Positions 1 through 13,619 are shown, numbered from the stretch's first letter. The stretch: DNA of 64,000 nt from Blepharisma stoltei ATCC 30299 (GCA_965603825.1 CBFDEM010000040.1:776864-840863), one strand, 5' to 3'. Numbers and translations are program-made. Notes: generated by a model from the sequence alone, not told the origin.

Positions 1-471
1 GATTCCACTAGACTCACTTGAAGTAAGTAGGACTAAATCAGTTGGAAAATACTCGTTTTTCTTGACTTTTACAATATCTCCTACATGCAGTTTTTTTCAC
101 GCAATTAATTTCCATCCATCATTAGTCCAATATTCCACAATCCTACTATTTTCTTCTTTATCTGCCCTTCTTCGTTTGAGGTCTTCTAAAAGATCTTTAA
201 TTGCACTTAATGTAAGAACAAACAGTAAAGGAAGCAAAATGTTAGGTATGCCTCCTGAGACTGAAATTTGAGGGATAACTTGTAATACAGCAATGGCTAA
301 GAAATAAACATTTGCTAATTTTTGAAATTGAAGCCAAAGATTTTTAGGGATGAATGTAAGGAGGTTGTATTTGCAAGTGCTGATCCCGTTGGGCTTAAAA
401 TTGCTAGGCTCTTCTCTAGGGACTTTAACTATTCGGTTTTCTTGCACTGCTAAGGTTTGGGTTCTTTCCAT
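1..471 (-). CDS. P4-type ATPase (phospholipid flippase), N-terminal part; runs off the window start
   Basis: N-terminal motif [31 protein letters not shown]. Reading TGA (97-99) as Trp continues into [25 protein letters not shown] (actuator domain). Confidence 0.92.
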
Positions 472-1052
472 TTACTATAGCCGTTTGAAAGCAGAAATAG
501 TAACTCTATTGCATTAAAAAATCCCTACAAGGTTTATATTAAATTTCTAATAAAATAAGCAGTCTCGCTTTATTTTTTATATATATGATAAAGATATAGA
601 AGAGTTTATGCTATTCTAGGCTTGCAAATATCAGCATTTAGACTAATAAGAACAATTGATGAAAGTAAAAGAGGCAGAGTCTTGTTAAGCTCAACAGGAA
701 ATTTTAGAAATAAATAAGAAAATAGAAAATGCCATGAATAGGATCTTTTAAAATAGAAAGTTTATATGCTCATTTAATATTATTTATGCATTTTGGGATG
801 CAAATTTCAATTTCATTAGTATTTTGTTTATAGAAAATAGTATCAGGCTAATTCTATTTTGTTTTATCCAGCTCGCATAATAATACATAAATTATATAGT
901 TTTTTGAACAAATTGTGTAGGACTCCCGCATATGGAATTTTTTAATTGTGATTTTAAATTCCGAAGAAGACATATATTAAAAATATAAAATCTCTACTAA
1001 AATTAGTGCATTCACTTGATTTTACAATTATAATAAAAATATAGAAGGATTT

Positions 1053-2261
1053 ATGCAAGGCAACTTTCAAAGTACTGCGCAGGCCGACTCAACAGCTCAA
1101 GGCTTCATAAATAACGACACTGACTGTTTTATTATATCAGCCCTACAGCTTTGTATCCGAAGTGGGCTATTAAGAACTATTTGCAATCAAAAATGAAAAA
1201 CTGACTTCTTAGACTCAGTAAATCCAATAGTTGATGCATTAATAGATTTGAGAAACGAATATAATGCAAAAAGAGGCAGCGAAAATAGGCCCTTAAAAGT
1301 GCAGCGTTTAAGAATGGCTCTTGCTGATCAAAAAACTATTTACCAATGTGGGAACTTAGGGGATGCCTGGGATGCTATAAATTTTATGTTCGAAACTATT
1401 CACAATTATTATTCTCCATTTTTTGCTAATAGGATAGAAGCTTGCTGTCCTGTACACGAAATTTTTGGAAAAGTAGGAAAACAAGTAGAATCGTGCACCA
1501 ACCCGGCATGCGATGTTCCTAAAAATCCAAAGATTTATGATATAGATAAACGAGCTTATATTATTCAGCACACCGTGCAGATTATAAATCAAGAAAATAT
1601 GCTAGTTCCTCTCGGTATCATAAATAAAGGAGAAAATGAAGATCTTATCTCTTTTATGCTTTCCGAAATGGAAAATAATGCCCCAAGGCGGTGCTTAATT
1701 TGTCATGAAACGTCATACAAAAAAGCTTATTTTTTCAGTGAATTTCCAAAATATTTACTATTATACTTGGATTTTAATAATTCCATTCCAAACTTGCCAG
1801 ATGCTATATACTCAAATTTTGAGAAGCTTCAGTCAATTCCATGTGGTGCATTTTGGTATAATGCAGTCGGCTTTATTTTGTATGTAAAAAACATTCATTA
1901 TACAGCCATGATTTATTCAAGAGCAAAGAAAGTGTGACAAGTCATTGATGACCAAAAAAAAATTCTGCTAGAAGATTATAGTGATTTAAGGGAAAGTGTG
2001 CCATCTATTGCATTATATAGGCTAAGCAATAAGCAATCTAACTATCATTTCCCTATATTGTTTAGATATGCTGACTTGCCAATCGAGCCAAATTATATTA
2101 GCCCGCCTGACTCTGTCAATTTAGAACAAAAGTCCATATATGTTCCTACAAAGCAGCTTGTAGATCACAAAATTTGCCTAGCCTGCAACATGCCAAATCC
2201 CATTTATAACTCAGTATGCATTTCCTGTAAGGTAAATTTAAATAACCCAATATCTTCATAA
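1053..2261 (+). CDS. USP-family (C19) deubiquitinase-like protein with a C-terminal CxxC..CxxC zinc finger
   Basis: ATG 1053. Cys box GFINNDTDCFIISALQ; His box IHYTAMIYSRAKKV-W(TGA 1935-37)-QVIDD. Joins ORFs 1248..1937 and 1998..2261. Confidence 0.75.
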
Positions 2262-2315
2262 TAAGTTTATATAAAAATTTCTCAACAATTTATGAAGGTG
2301 GATATTTATAAGAAA

Positions 2316-3527
2316 ATGTCCAAATCTAAGACTAATCAAAGACTTGGCAGAGGCCCTCCTAAGCTTTCTAACGATTTTGGCATAAAGCTGCTTGAAAAAG
2401 AGCTGGAACTCGAAAAAAACTGAAGTATAGAAATAATAAATGAACTCGTGCTGATGTATACAGAAATTATTGAATATTATGAATATAATAAAGATCCGCG
2501 ATACTTGGATTTCCAAGACCGCATGCATAAAATGCTTGTCAAGCCTCAAGCAATCAGCACGATGAGGGAGGAAAACTTGTCTCCAATCAGAAACCGGCGA
2601 GAATCCATAAAATCACCATCTCCTCAAAAAGAGAGAAAAGATGAGGGAGAAGGCAAAAAAGAGGTAAACTCAGTACATAAAACACCAGTTCAGTATGTAA
2701 TACCAGAAGTTGAAAATTCAGGGTCTGAAGGAGAAAATGAGGGAGAAAACTTAAAAAATCAGCCAGAAGAAGAAATTGAAATAAAAATTGTCCCTGATAG
2801 CACAATAAGAAGAAATTCTCAGAGGAGGCATACTTTTTCAACACCTCAGCCAAAGCGGCCTGAGCATAAGTTAGAAGATAGCATAGAGCAGCGTAAAAAA
2901 GAATCAGAAAGGAACAAATCACTTTTGTCAGCTCAGCTTAACCAAGCTCTTGCAGAGCCTTCTTATAAATTTTCCAAAAATTTGGAAAGAATTATCCATC
3001 TTCATCAAACCAATTCCAAGGTAATTACCCAGAAATGTGCCTCAGATTTTAAATTTCAGGACTCAGATCTACAACGAAGGCTTGATTCTAGAAAAAAAGC
3101 AATGATAGACCGATCTACTGGGGATACCAGCGTTTTTGATTCCCCGCTCAACAAATCGTGTATTGATATTCTTCCTAGTGAAATAGAATACTCCCCTCCA
3201 GAAATCCATTTATTTGGCGATACTATGGATGAAGTAAATTTGTCATTTGGTCCAAGCCTAGATGAATCTAAACATATAGAGAACATTGAAAATCAATTAG
3301 AAGATTTAATGGAAGCGTCTTTTTCAGAAAAAGCTTCAAAAATCAGTGAAATAAAACTGAATTATGAAGTGCAAATAAAAGAGCTGGAAGGACAAGGAGG
3401 GTTTATGAACTTAATAATTGATCAAATGAAGGAAAACATGAAGCAGGAGATACAAGACGTGTCTAAGGAATTGGACACTCGACGAAAAGAAAAAATCAAT
3501 TTATTAAAGAGGAGCTTTATGATGTAG
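2316..3527 (+). CDS. Hypothetical protein, acidic/coiled-coil
   Basis: ATG 2316 is in frame with ORF 2448..3527 through one TGA; ends TAG. Confidence 0.75.
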
Positions 3528-4402
3528 GAATTTGATAATATAACACATTTTAAAATAATAGTGATGCTTATATGCTGATAGAGAATTGCATTAGAGCAAA
3601 GCTTTATAATGAATTGTAGCTGGGGCTATTAATTTATTAAAGATATTATTTTATTGAATAGCGCTTTCGCGTTCAAGTGTATTTCTAAGTTGCATTAAAA
3701 GTATTTCAGATAATTGGATTATTCACATCTTTTATGTCAATAAATTTATTAATCAAATATGAAATGAAAATCTTTTAGCTAATTATTATAGATGGCATAA
3801 GGAAGAGACACTTTGATGACCTGAAGATGGATTCAATAATATAAGAATTGCAAATCCAAAAGGATTTTTGCATGATCATAAAAAAATAGATAAAACCCTT
3901 CAAGAAGACAATAAGTTTCACATATAGAAAACTGTTCTTTAGGTTTCTATGGCTAAATCTTCATTTAAAAACAGTTTCTATATCTAATGATTATCAAAAA
4001 TAATAAAAGCTTTTTATCATATGAAAATTAACTCCTAAATTAATTTCACTGACAATTTTATAATTTTAGGACTTTGGACATGAAGCTGATTTTAAAGGCT
4101 ATTGCACCTAAAAAATCCTTATATATTTCAATATTTTATTAGTGGCTATACATCACCCAAGCATTCCAATTTTAGCAAAGACATTTAAACGTTGGATATG
4201 CTGAAGTCGATGTGCACTCTTAAATAGTAACAATTTTTTCATGAAGCTCAAACAAGAGGGACCCTCAATTTATGGCGCAAAAGTAAATACTTTCCATCTA
4301 TTTACCTAATAAATAATTTTAGCAAAATGCCACACTTTTGCTGGTTACTGAAAAACCATGAATTTCCGTTAGATATTTGAAATTAAAATAAATTTAAACT
4401 AT

Positions 4403-5320
4403 ATGAACCTAAGTGGTTGCTACTCTCTTGAAAATAAAGAAAACCTATACCAAGTCCTCAAGCCCGCTTCTGCTAGTACCCACAGAACGTTTGGCCAAGA
4501 CATAACAAACTTGATACTGCGCCCCCATGATTCTGATAAAATTGATTCTCAGGACCCACAACGGCTTGGCTATTACGCACATGAAATTTTCGCTTATTTG
4601 CATAAGGTCGAGAACAATTTCCAAGCAAACTTCGGATATTTGAAGGCTCAGTTCGAAATCAATGAAAGCATGAGGAGCATTTTGATTGACTGAGTCATCG
4701 AAGTCCATTTAAAGTTCAAGCTGATGCCGGAGACCTTATTTTTAACTGTAAATATCATAGACCGATTCTGTGAGGCTGCGATTGTATCAAGACACAATTA
4801 TCAGCTATTAGCTATTTCTGCATTGCTTATAGCTTGTAAATATGAAGAAATCACAGTCCCTGATATAAAATCACTATCTTTCATATCAGATCACACTTAT
4901 TCACAAAAAGAAATACTTGCTATGGAAGGAAGTATTTTAAGGGCTCTCCATTTCAACGTAACGGTGACAACTCCATTTCGATTTCTTGAAAGATATGCAA
5001 GACTTATTCATATGGACAACTTAGCCTTTAATCTTGCACACTACACAATAGAGCTATCTCTTATGGATTATAAAATGCTGAAATACTCTCCCTCACAAAT
5101 TGCTGCAAGTTCTATATATTTGACAAATAAATTATATAATAACGACTCAGCATGGCCACAGATACTTATAGAAGAAAGTCCTTATAACGATACAGATCTA
5201 AGAGCTTGTGCTAAAGAATTATGCTTAAATTTGCAAGGATCAAGACAGTCACCTTTTCAAGCATTATTCAAGAAATTTTCATTGCCACGGTTTTGTGAGG
5301 TAGCCAAAATGGTATTTTAA
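4403..5320 (+). CDS. Cyclin (A/B type), 305 aa
   Basis: Cyclin box MRSILID-W(TGA 4691-93)-VIEVHLKFKLMPETLFLTVNIIDRF, plus LLIACKYEE. Confidence 0.95.
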
Positions 5321-5335
5321 GTAAATAAATATTAA

Positions 5336-6838
5336 ATGGATTGGAAAAATAAGCTTCCTAACATCCTCAATAAATTCAGAACTCAGCTTTATTCAAGAAG
5401 ATATGATGGCATGGACAAGGTGTATGAGCTATTTCATGTATTTTTCATATAGGAATGTGATGTTGATAGCAGCGGATCACTTAACCGCTATGAATTTCAA
5501 GCTTTTTTAAGCAAGGTAGGACTATTTATGAGTTCGCAGGAGCAAGCTGAACTGTTTAGATATTATGATAAAAATCAGGATGGGAATATATCTGTCAGGG
5601 AATTCTTGAATTCTCTGCAAGAAACCATTTCAGATAGAAGACTCTCAGCAGTTAAGCACACATGGCAAATTTTGGATCAGAGAAAGCGTGGGTTTATAGA
5701 AGTAGAAGAACTCAAGCGTCTCTATAACGAAAACCGTCATCCCAGAGTCATAACCCGAGAAAAAACAAAAGAACTCGTCAGAGAAGAATTTGAAAACGCC
5801 CTAAGAAAATACTCAGAAGGCCGAGTTATGACTGAAGATGGTTTTTTAGCTTACTATGCCAACTTAAGTGCCACTTTACCATTAGAGCAAGACCACTTTT
5901 TTGAAGCCTTACTTACCAATACTTGGGACCTTAATTCTAGAAGGAATCCAGTCCCGGATGCCAGGCTAAATGAAATAGAAGATTTAATTTATGAAAAAAT
6001 CAGGCAGAGGATAAGGGGGGATGAAGATGAAGGCAGGGCTATGCAAAAGACCTTTAGACACTTTGATAAAGATAACTCAGGGACTATTACTTTTGAAGAG
6101 TTCACTAAATGTCTACAGCATTGGGGATGCGCTTTTGATAATCAAGAAGCTAGGGCACTTTTTGATAAATATGACGTTGATAAGTCAGGAACCATTGTTT
6201 ATGAGGAGTTTTCAGGGATTTTTGCAAGGAGAGGAGCTGGGGACCGACATCAGTTTAAGCCAAGAAGGGAGCTGCCAAAGGCACTTATAAGTAAGCTTAA
6301 AAATGATATCCTGAAAAGAGGCACTATAAGAGACCTTGAAACTTTATTAAGAAGAATGGACGTGAATGGCGATGACTATTTAACCCGTCACGAATTCGAA
6401 TGGGGACTGCGCGAAAACGGCCATGTTTTGAGCCCTATGGATCTCGACAGACTTTTTAGGTATTTTGACATAAATCATGATGGAAAAGTTTCCTATCAAG
6501 AATTTTTAGACGCTTTAAAAGACGATATAAGCCAGAAACGAAAAGACCTTATTGCTATGGCTTATAAGAAATTAGAAACTAATTCTGATGGACAAGTCAC
6601 TTTGAGCGGTATAAGGCAGAATTATAACGGCACTGCACACCCAGAGTTTAGATCAGGTGCAAAGACAAGAGATCAAGTTTTAGTAGAGTTTATGAATAAG
6701 TGGGGAAGCGTCAGAGCCAACCAAGCGATTTCTCTTGAAGATTTCGAGAATTTTTATAAAGATATATCCGCAAATGTCAAAAGTGATGACGACTTTGAAC
6801 AGATGATCCGAGGAGCCTGGAGCCTTGCAGAAGAGTAA
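5336..6838 (+). CDS. Multi-EF-hand calcium-binding protein, calcyphosin-like
   Basis: EF loops DKNQDGNIS, DKDNSGTIT, DVDKSGTIV, DVNGDDYLT, DINHDGKVS. 5' extension to ATG 5336 via the 15-nt intron 5438..5452. Confidence 0.88.
5438..5452 (+). other. 15-nt spliceosomal intron
   Basis: gtatttttcatatag; removal deletes an in-frame TAG and restores the first EF hand (ECDVDSSGSL). Confidence 0.85.
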
Positions 6839-6898
6839 GAATAATAATCTTCATTTCTGAACATTATGATTTTCATATTAAATCAATAATTTCAGCTT

Positions 6899-7609
6899 AT
6901 GCCACCCAAGCTAAGAAAGAAGCCAATTCAAAATAGCATAGTTGTAATAGAAAGAAAACCAATAGACCTCCAAGAAATCGCAAAAAGGCAAGCATCAAAA
7001 ATAAATCGAGAAAGTGAATCCTTAAACCGATCCAACACAGAACTGCATTTATCTAGGAAACAGTCTCATGAGCCTCGATATGTAAACAATAAATCTAATT
7101 ATGATATAGTATTATCAGATTTATCATCGACACCGACACTATCTAAATCTAGAACTTCTACGCCTGCAAAGCCACATTTTGAACAAACTTATGAATCTTC
7201 ACCTATGAAAATGAACGAAACAGCAAATCCGATCTTTAGTAACTCAAATGTTGAAATTTTGGCTCAAAATTTAGCTTTAAAATACAAGAAAAAATATAAA
7301 AAGCAAGCCAAAGAACTTGTGAATAGGCAAAATGAAATTCATAATTTTCAAATGGAGTCTATGAGGAGGCTATATGAAGAAAAATTAAAAAAATACAGGG
7401 AAATTATCATAAAGCTGCAAAAAGATAATGAAGATCTTCTAGCGAAAAATATGAATTCGGAAAAAATAATTGAAAATCCAACAGAGAAGCTTGAAGAAGA
7501 AAACTTATGACTGAAAAAAGAAATACAAAAATTAAAAGCAAAAACTTATCATAAAGGGTCTGAATTTACGCTTGGGAGAATCCCTGATAATTTGTATAGT
7601 GAAATCTAA
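6899..7609 (+). CDS. Hypothetical coiled-coil protein
   Basis: ORF 6899..7510 extended through TGA to TAA 7607-09. Confidence 0.7.
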
Positions 7610-7678
7610 GAAAATATTAATTCATGGAAACAATGAAGATAGGGAAAAAGCTTTATTAATTGATAACAATAATTAATA

Positions 7679-9103
7679 TTAAATTAAATAGCTTGCAGAT
7701 CGCAAGTTCTTCATAGGAGAAAATCTCAATGGAGGAGTATAGCATCAGTCCCTTATACTTTCTGGGGTCTTATTCAGCGATCTTTCTCTCACATGAGTCT
7801 TTTTTGATTTAACCAAACTTTCCCATATTTTTTCTATATGAGTGTTGGGGCGGATTTTCTGTGGAGAATTGCTTTCACCTCTACAATAAATCGCTTTCAT
7901 AGAAGACTTGCTTCTTCTGTCTCTTATTTCCTGCTTCAGAGGCATCAATATTATTTTTTTCGCTTTTCATATAGCAACATTTTGAGGATTTTTTATTAAA
8001 CTTTCAGAGTATGATCTATTTGGGCTTTTTTCTGTAATAAAAAACCCTGGGCTTTGGTCAGGAGTGTCTATTATTTCTTTTGCTTCTCTTCTTGAAGAAG
8101 TAGGCATTTCTCTGTTTCGAACATAAATTTCTGGGGCGAATGCAAGCCAAATTTTATTTTCGTCATCTTTCATGAACTCTGCTTTAATTTTTAATATTTG
8201 ATACTTTGTGTGCTCAAAAATAATTGAAACAATCCTTTTACACATTAGCTGGCAATATTCTTTAGGATCACTATACATCAGTTGAGTTTCGTTTTCCTGT
8301 TCTTCAATATAGTTCGACAATGTTCTATTGTCTCTATCTGAATACAGCTCAACCGTAATTATTTCACCTATCCCAAATTTACATTTAATAACTGTCTGTA
8401 TATATGAAATTGTCCTTCATATCAGACTTCCAGGCCTTTCACACATAAAATCAGTGAACTCTTTTTCGCTCATTACCCTTAACACTCCATCTTCAAATTG
8501 AGGATTTTCTTCAATTTCTGCACAGTCTTTCCCTTTCACTAAATATTTCAATAAAACTGTTTCTTTACCATATAAGTCTTGGGTAATAAAAACAGCTGAG
8601 TCATTTTCGTTATTTCCTTTTACAAGGCTTAAATCTTCTTTTTTTCTCTTTTTTACGATTTTCGTAAAAGATTTCAAAATTTTGGCTAAGTTCAGCCTTT
8701 CTGGGTTTGAGGTCATTTTTATATAACTTTCCCTTAAGGGCTGGACAATAGCAATAGGTTTTCCTCGTCGAAAAATTACAGTGTCGGGGACTGTTATTTT
8801 GATAGGTAATTTTTTGGACAACTTTCCAAGCTCAATTAAAAGCCATGTGAAGGTTTTTAATTTTCCTTGTTTATGGACTTCGTAGTCTGTATAGTCAAAA
8901 ATCTTTTTTGGCTTATTTGGAGCTCTTTTTATTTGAAAGTTGCAAATTGAGCATTGACAAAAAAATTGTGATACAATTTTGCCATACAGTCTATATTTCT
9001 TTCTTGCAGGAGAATTTGGAGATGTAGGCAATGACTCTAACTTGTTTTCAAGCAAGTCTTTCTCTGGAGTAGAAGCAATTAAGTTAGGTTGGAATTCATC
9101 CAT
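7679..9103 (-). CDS. Hypothetical protein
   Basis: ORFs 8417..9103, 7967..8320 and 7745..7948 are one frame separated only by TGA; TAA at 7679-81. Confidence 0.75.
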
Positions 9104-9142
9104 TTTACATAAAATAGTAAAAGCAAAGTTAATTTTAATGTT

Positions 9143-10565
9143 TTATAAAGGAGTTTGTAAATTATCATCTCTTTTTTCAACAACAGAGAACATTCTTGCT
9201 ATTTTCCTTTTTGGAAGAACACTTATTGAGCTATTTCTCCTTAAATTCAAAGTTTCTCTTCTTTTAAAAATATGTGAAGGCTTCTGAATAAGCTTTAAAT
9301 GCTTTAAAAGCTTGATTAGTTCTGACACTTTTTCTTTTGTATTTGTTCCTTTAAAATTATGAATCTCTTCAGCACCATTAAAATTTGGTCTCGGAGTCAA
9401 ATTTTCAGCCCCGTTTTCTGCATTTACAGTCAAATTCTCTGCTTCCTTTTCTAATAGCCTAAGCTGTGCTTCTAATGCCTTTTTTTCTTCAGCCAGTGCC
9501 CTTATCATTCTATTGCTTTTTTCAAACTCTGACCTTAAATTTGTATTTTCATGCAAAATAATGTCATGCTTATTCGTTAGATCATTTAAGCTTTCTCTTA
9601 AATGAAGCATTATTTTTTCGTTTTGAACGTTTTTTAGCTGTAATTCTCCTATCAAATTTTTATCAGCTAAAGACTCAGATCTGAGGTTACTGATTTTTTT
9701 GTGGGCTTGGGTAAGTTTTTCTTGAGTTTCACCTGCTTCTATTTTATACCTTTGGTTCTTAATATAAATTACCTGCTCTTCTAATTGCAGCATTTTCCAT
9801 TCCGCAGCTTTGACTGGTGCATTTAGAGCTTCTTCTAGATCCCATTTTAACTGCTCAATTTCTTTGTCTTTTTTCTTTATTATTCCATTAAATTCTACAT
9901 AAAATCCACCTTTATCTGACTGAATTAACAACCTATGAAGCTTATCAGCGTTTTTTTTGGAGTCTTCCCATAGCTCTTTATATGTATCTGCAATAATAAA
10001 ATAAGGAATTTCTTCATCTAATAGGGCATCTTTGTATACATTTACCTATATGCTTATCATATATTTTTTCTAGTGCTTCTTCAGGGAGCTCTTTTTTGTT
10101 CATATAAAGCGATTTTGAAATTTCTGAAGTGATCAATTGCATTTCTTTTTGGTAGGACCCAGCTTCATTTGAGCAAATATCTAAGGCTTTTGAAGCAGCT
10201 TTGGCTTTTTTTATATCAGGCTCTTGGGATGATTTTTCGAGCTCTTGAAGGACTTGGATAAGATCGTATTTATTTTTGAGTACTGATGAGGTAAATTGGA
10301 CAAGAGAGGATGGAGCTTCTTTTATCGGGGTTAAATGAAAGCTTGAGGAGTTATTAATTTGGTGATTTCGAGTAAATATTGAGTTTGGGTTGACAATTCC
10401 GAAAGAAAAAGAAGTTTCACGCTTATACTTATCGGGATGAAGTTTTAAGGAACTCATTGTATGATAATTTGGGATTTTCTTTAAAATTTTGGGAGATTTT
10501 TTGCGGAATCGCTTTCCTGGGTAGAGTGAAAGATCATCTAGGCTTTGAGATAATGATATATTCAT
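9143..10565 (-). CDS. Hypothetical coiled-coil protein
   Basis: ORFs 10014..10565 and 9143..9931 joined by the 16-nt intron 10030..10045 (KHI|DALLDEEIPYF). Confidence 0.75.
10030..10045 (-). other. 16-nt spliceosomal intron
   Basis: gtaaatgtatacaaag; restores the frame between the two ORFs. Confidence 0.8.
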
Positions 10566-10923
10566 TGCGATCTTAATTTATTATACCATTTATTTGAAAT
10601 TTTTAGGTCTTTTTTAAATTTTTGTGGCAGGCAAAGAGTTTTAGTAATTTTAAATATTCTGAAGAAGTATCACAATATTAATAAAGAAAATGAGAAATAG
10701 GAAAAAGTCACAAATCAATAAAAAAAATTTAAATGCAATAGTATATGATGAATTGATTTAAATTTCAAATTTAAAAGCCCATCAATAAGAATAAGCCTAG
10801 AAATGCATTTATTGATGGCATAAATCAATGATTTAAAAATCTATCGAAATGGCTAGAATAGTATTTCAAGGTGTATTTATATGACTTAATCAATTTACTA
10901 TAAACTTTTTGAAGATTATTAAC

Positions 10924-12243
10924 TTAATATGAAGAAATACTTCCTCTTTCCTTTTCAGAAAAATGAGCCGACAGCATCAGCATTTGGTCTTCATACATCG
11001 TGACTTTCTTTTCCAATTGCACCAAAACTCTAGTAATTAATTCCAATTGATTTTCAATCTGCATTAGCGTTCTACCTACTTCTTTTGGTAGCCCTGGTAT
11101 TAGCGGGAAATTATTCCCATTATCCTGCTTATCTGAAGCCTCTGCCTTAACACTTTCATCTTTTATTTCTCCAGATTCACTTTTATGAGGCGAAAATGTG
11201 AATTCTTTTTCTCCTTTAGCTGCACTTTTTCTCATATTTTCAGTCTCCCAAAAGCTTTTTTTCGTCGCTTTTTTCGGTAGCTCGATTTCAGTTTTTTGAT
11301 TAATTTCTATATTTGATTTCCATATCATGACTAATTTGTCCATTCCTCCAGAGGCAAAATAGTCCCCGTCAGCTGAAAAATTAGCAATATTCGCTTCACC
11401 TTGATGGCCATATAAGGTGTAAAGAATGTGCCCTTGTCTGAGATCCCAGATTTTTAGGGTGGAATCATTGGAGCTTGATAGTAAATACATCCCAGAAGGA
11501 TGGAATGATACAGAAGTCACAGAGTCCGCATGAGCATCATAGTGCTGGAGAAGTCTCTGAGACCGAATATCCCAGATTTTGATTTTTCTGTCAGAGCTGC
11601 CGCTCGCAATGCAAGTGCCATCTGGGTGAAAACGGACCTTATTTATGCCGCCTGTATGGTCACTAAATGTAGACAGGCAGATTTTTTGAGATAAATCCCA
11701 TAGTTTTACTGTGCGGTCGTCGCCTCCAGAAACTGCCATTCTTGAATCTGGGCTGAATCGAGCATCTTTTACCCAATTCAAATGCCCAGTCAAGGAAAAT
11801 TGGAATTTTCTGTCTTCAACAGTCCACACTTTGAGAGATTTGTCGTCCGATGAGGTTAATAATAAAGATCCATCAGTTGAAAAGCAGACGCTTCTTACAC
11901 TTGCAGTATGAGCTTTTAATACTACAGACTTGTTTTTGACAGTATTTTGCCACAGACGCACTGTTTCGTCCTTTGAAGCAGATGCAATTATATCACCTGT
12001 TGGAGAGTAACAAGCATCAGTCACTGCTGCACGATGGCCTGTAAATTTGTATGGGCGCATTTCGGGTTTAAAATGCCATACCATGACATTTGAATCTTCA
12101 GAACCAGATAAAACTTGTTTTAAATTGTGTTGCAGGTCAACTGCAGTGATCGGGGCACTGTGGCCTTGGAAATTTCTTTTAAGCTGAGGGTCTGAGCTGC
12201 TTGATTTCAGCCGATTTTGGTCATTCTAGATAAAATTTACCAT
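10924..12243 (-). CDS. POC1: POC1 centriolar/basal-body WD40 protein
   Basis: DPQLKRNFQGH start, seven WD40 repeats (CIASGSSDRKIKIWDIR, LLQHYDAH) and a C-terminal coiled coil (QLELITRVLVQLEKKV). ATG 12241-43 is followed directly by a 15-nt intron. Confidence 0.9.
12226..12240 (-). other. 15-nt intron immediately after the start codon
   Basis: ATG|gtaaattttatctag|AAT GAC CAA. Confidence 0.8.
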
Positions 12244-12684
12244 TCGGAAGAAAATTATTTAGAAAGAAATGAAATGAAAAAGGTGGAAATTGAGAACATT
12301 AGAGTAATTCGTAAAGGAAATAATATAAAAGAATAGAAATATAAATAAGAAAAAGTAGTCTCAAAAGAATCTTCCTGGACTCGAAGCTTATTGGGCGGTC
12401 TAAAGCTTTGCAAAAAGCAATAATTACGAAATTAAAGCGAAATAAGAAATAAGTAGAACATAAAATTGCAGCTGTCAAATGATGAGCTAGAATCGGTTAA
12501 ATGAAGAAATTACTTCAGAGAATGAAATTAGCGAAAAAGAAGTATGAAAAAAGATATGATGTCATTTCTGATTGAATAATGCGGGGAGCTTGCTAATTAG
12601 GGCAAGATGAGACAACCCCAGCCAATAAGTTATGCTACATAGAAGTTTTAAGTTTCAATTTAATTGAAGCATTTATTTAAGCGT

Positions 12685-13114
12685 TTAACTTTTATCTGGC
12701 GTATCAGGAAGCACAATATTCTTTCCAGAAATTACTTAAACCAGAATTTTTTCATAAAAATCTTCTTTTCTATTCATTCTTTCTTCAAGCCTCATCAAAA
12801 GATCCATTGTTTTGCCCTCGCTTTGAGAAATTTGTGCTTAAAGCTGGTCAAACCTTTTATCGACAGACTTAAACCTTTCCTTCGACATACTTCATCAATT
12901 TTTGAATTCATATCTTTGAGAGTACGTTTTCTTATATGAGAATCAAAGTTCCAAATACGATACCCACTATAAGCAGTCTCACACTTGGAGGCAGATGCTT
13001 ATTTAGGTTTACAGCCTTGTTGTATAAGATATTCGCTTTATTTGTCAAGAGATCTAAATTAACCAAAAAATCACTTGACAACTTCCTCTTTAAGTTCGAC
13101 AAAACACTTAGCAT
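12685..13114 (-). pseudogene. Possible degenerate gene fragment
   Basis: Protein-like stretches in different frames (MLSVLSNLK...IVFGTLILI, RKRTLKDMNSKIDEV, MDLLMRLEERMNRKEDFYEK) broken by stops and frameshifts. Confidence 0.3.
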
Positions 13115-13150
13115 TTTTATAATTATAGAGGATATTTTGCCAAAGACTCC

Positions 13151-13619
13151 ATGCAGTTATATCACTTGTTGGAGAGTAGCAAGCATCAGTCACTGCTGCA
13201 CGATGGCCTGTAAATTTTTATGGGCGCATTTCAGGTTTAAAATGCCATACCATGATATTTGAATCTAAGAACCAGATAAAACTTGTTTTAAATTTTGTTG
13301 CAGGTCAACTGCAGTGATCGGGGCACTGTGGCCTTGGAAATTTCTTTTTAGCTGAGGGTCTGAGCTGCTTGATTTCAGCCGATTTTGGTCATTCTAGATA
13401 AAATTTACCATTCGGAAGAAAGTTATTTAGAAAGAAATTAAATGAAAAAGGTGAAAATTGAGAACTCAAGAGTAATTTATAAGTAAAATAATATAAAACA
13501 CCCAAATAAAAATAAGAAAAACAACAGTCTCAAATAATCTTCTGGATTTGATGCTTGATGGCAGTCTAGGGCTTTGCAAAATTAAAGCGAAAGAAGAGTT
13601 AAGTAGAACAGAAAATTGC
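13151..13619 (-). pseudogene. Partial tandem duplicate of the POC1 5' end and upstream region (copy of ~11982..12469)
   Basis: Near-identical to the POC1 start, including the ATG (13409-11) and the intron (13394..13408). Has TAC>TAA (13218-20) and a 1-nt deletion near 13267. Confidence 0.9.

Noticed and set aside
3600-4400. Long intergenic region as an IES or transposon (also 13620-14240 and 38350-39050)
   Set aside because: No terminal inverted repeats, transposase frame or second copy visible; needs MAC/MIC comparison.
5321-5335. 15-nt spacer beginning GTA as an intron fusing the cyclin and EF-hand genes
   Set aside because: It ends in AA rather than AG, and the cyclin TAA precedes it.
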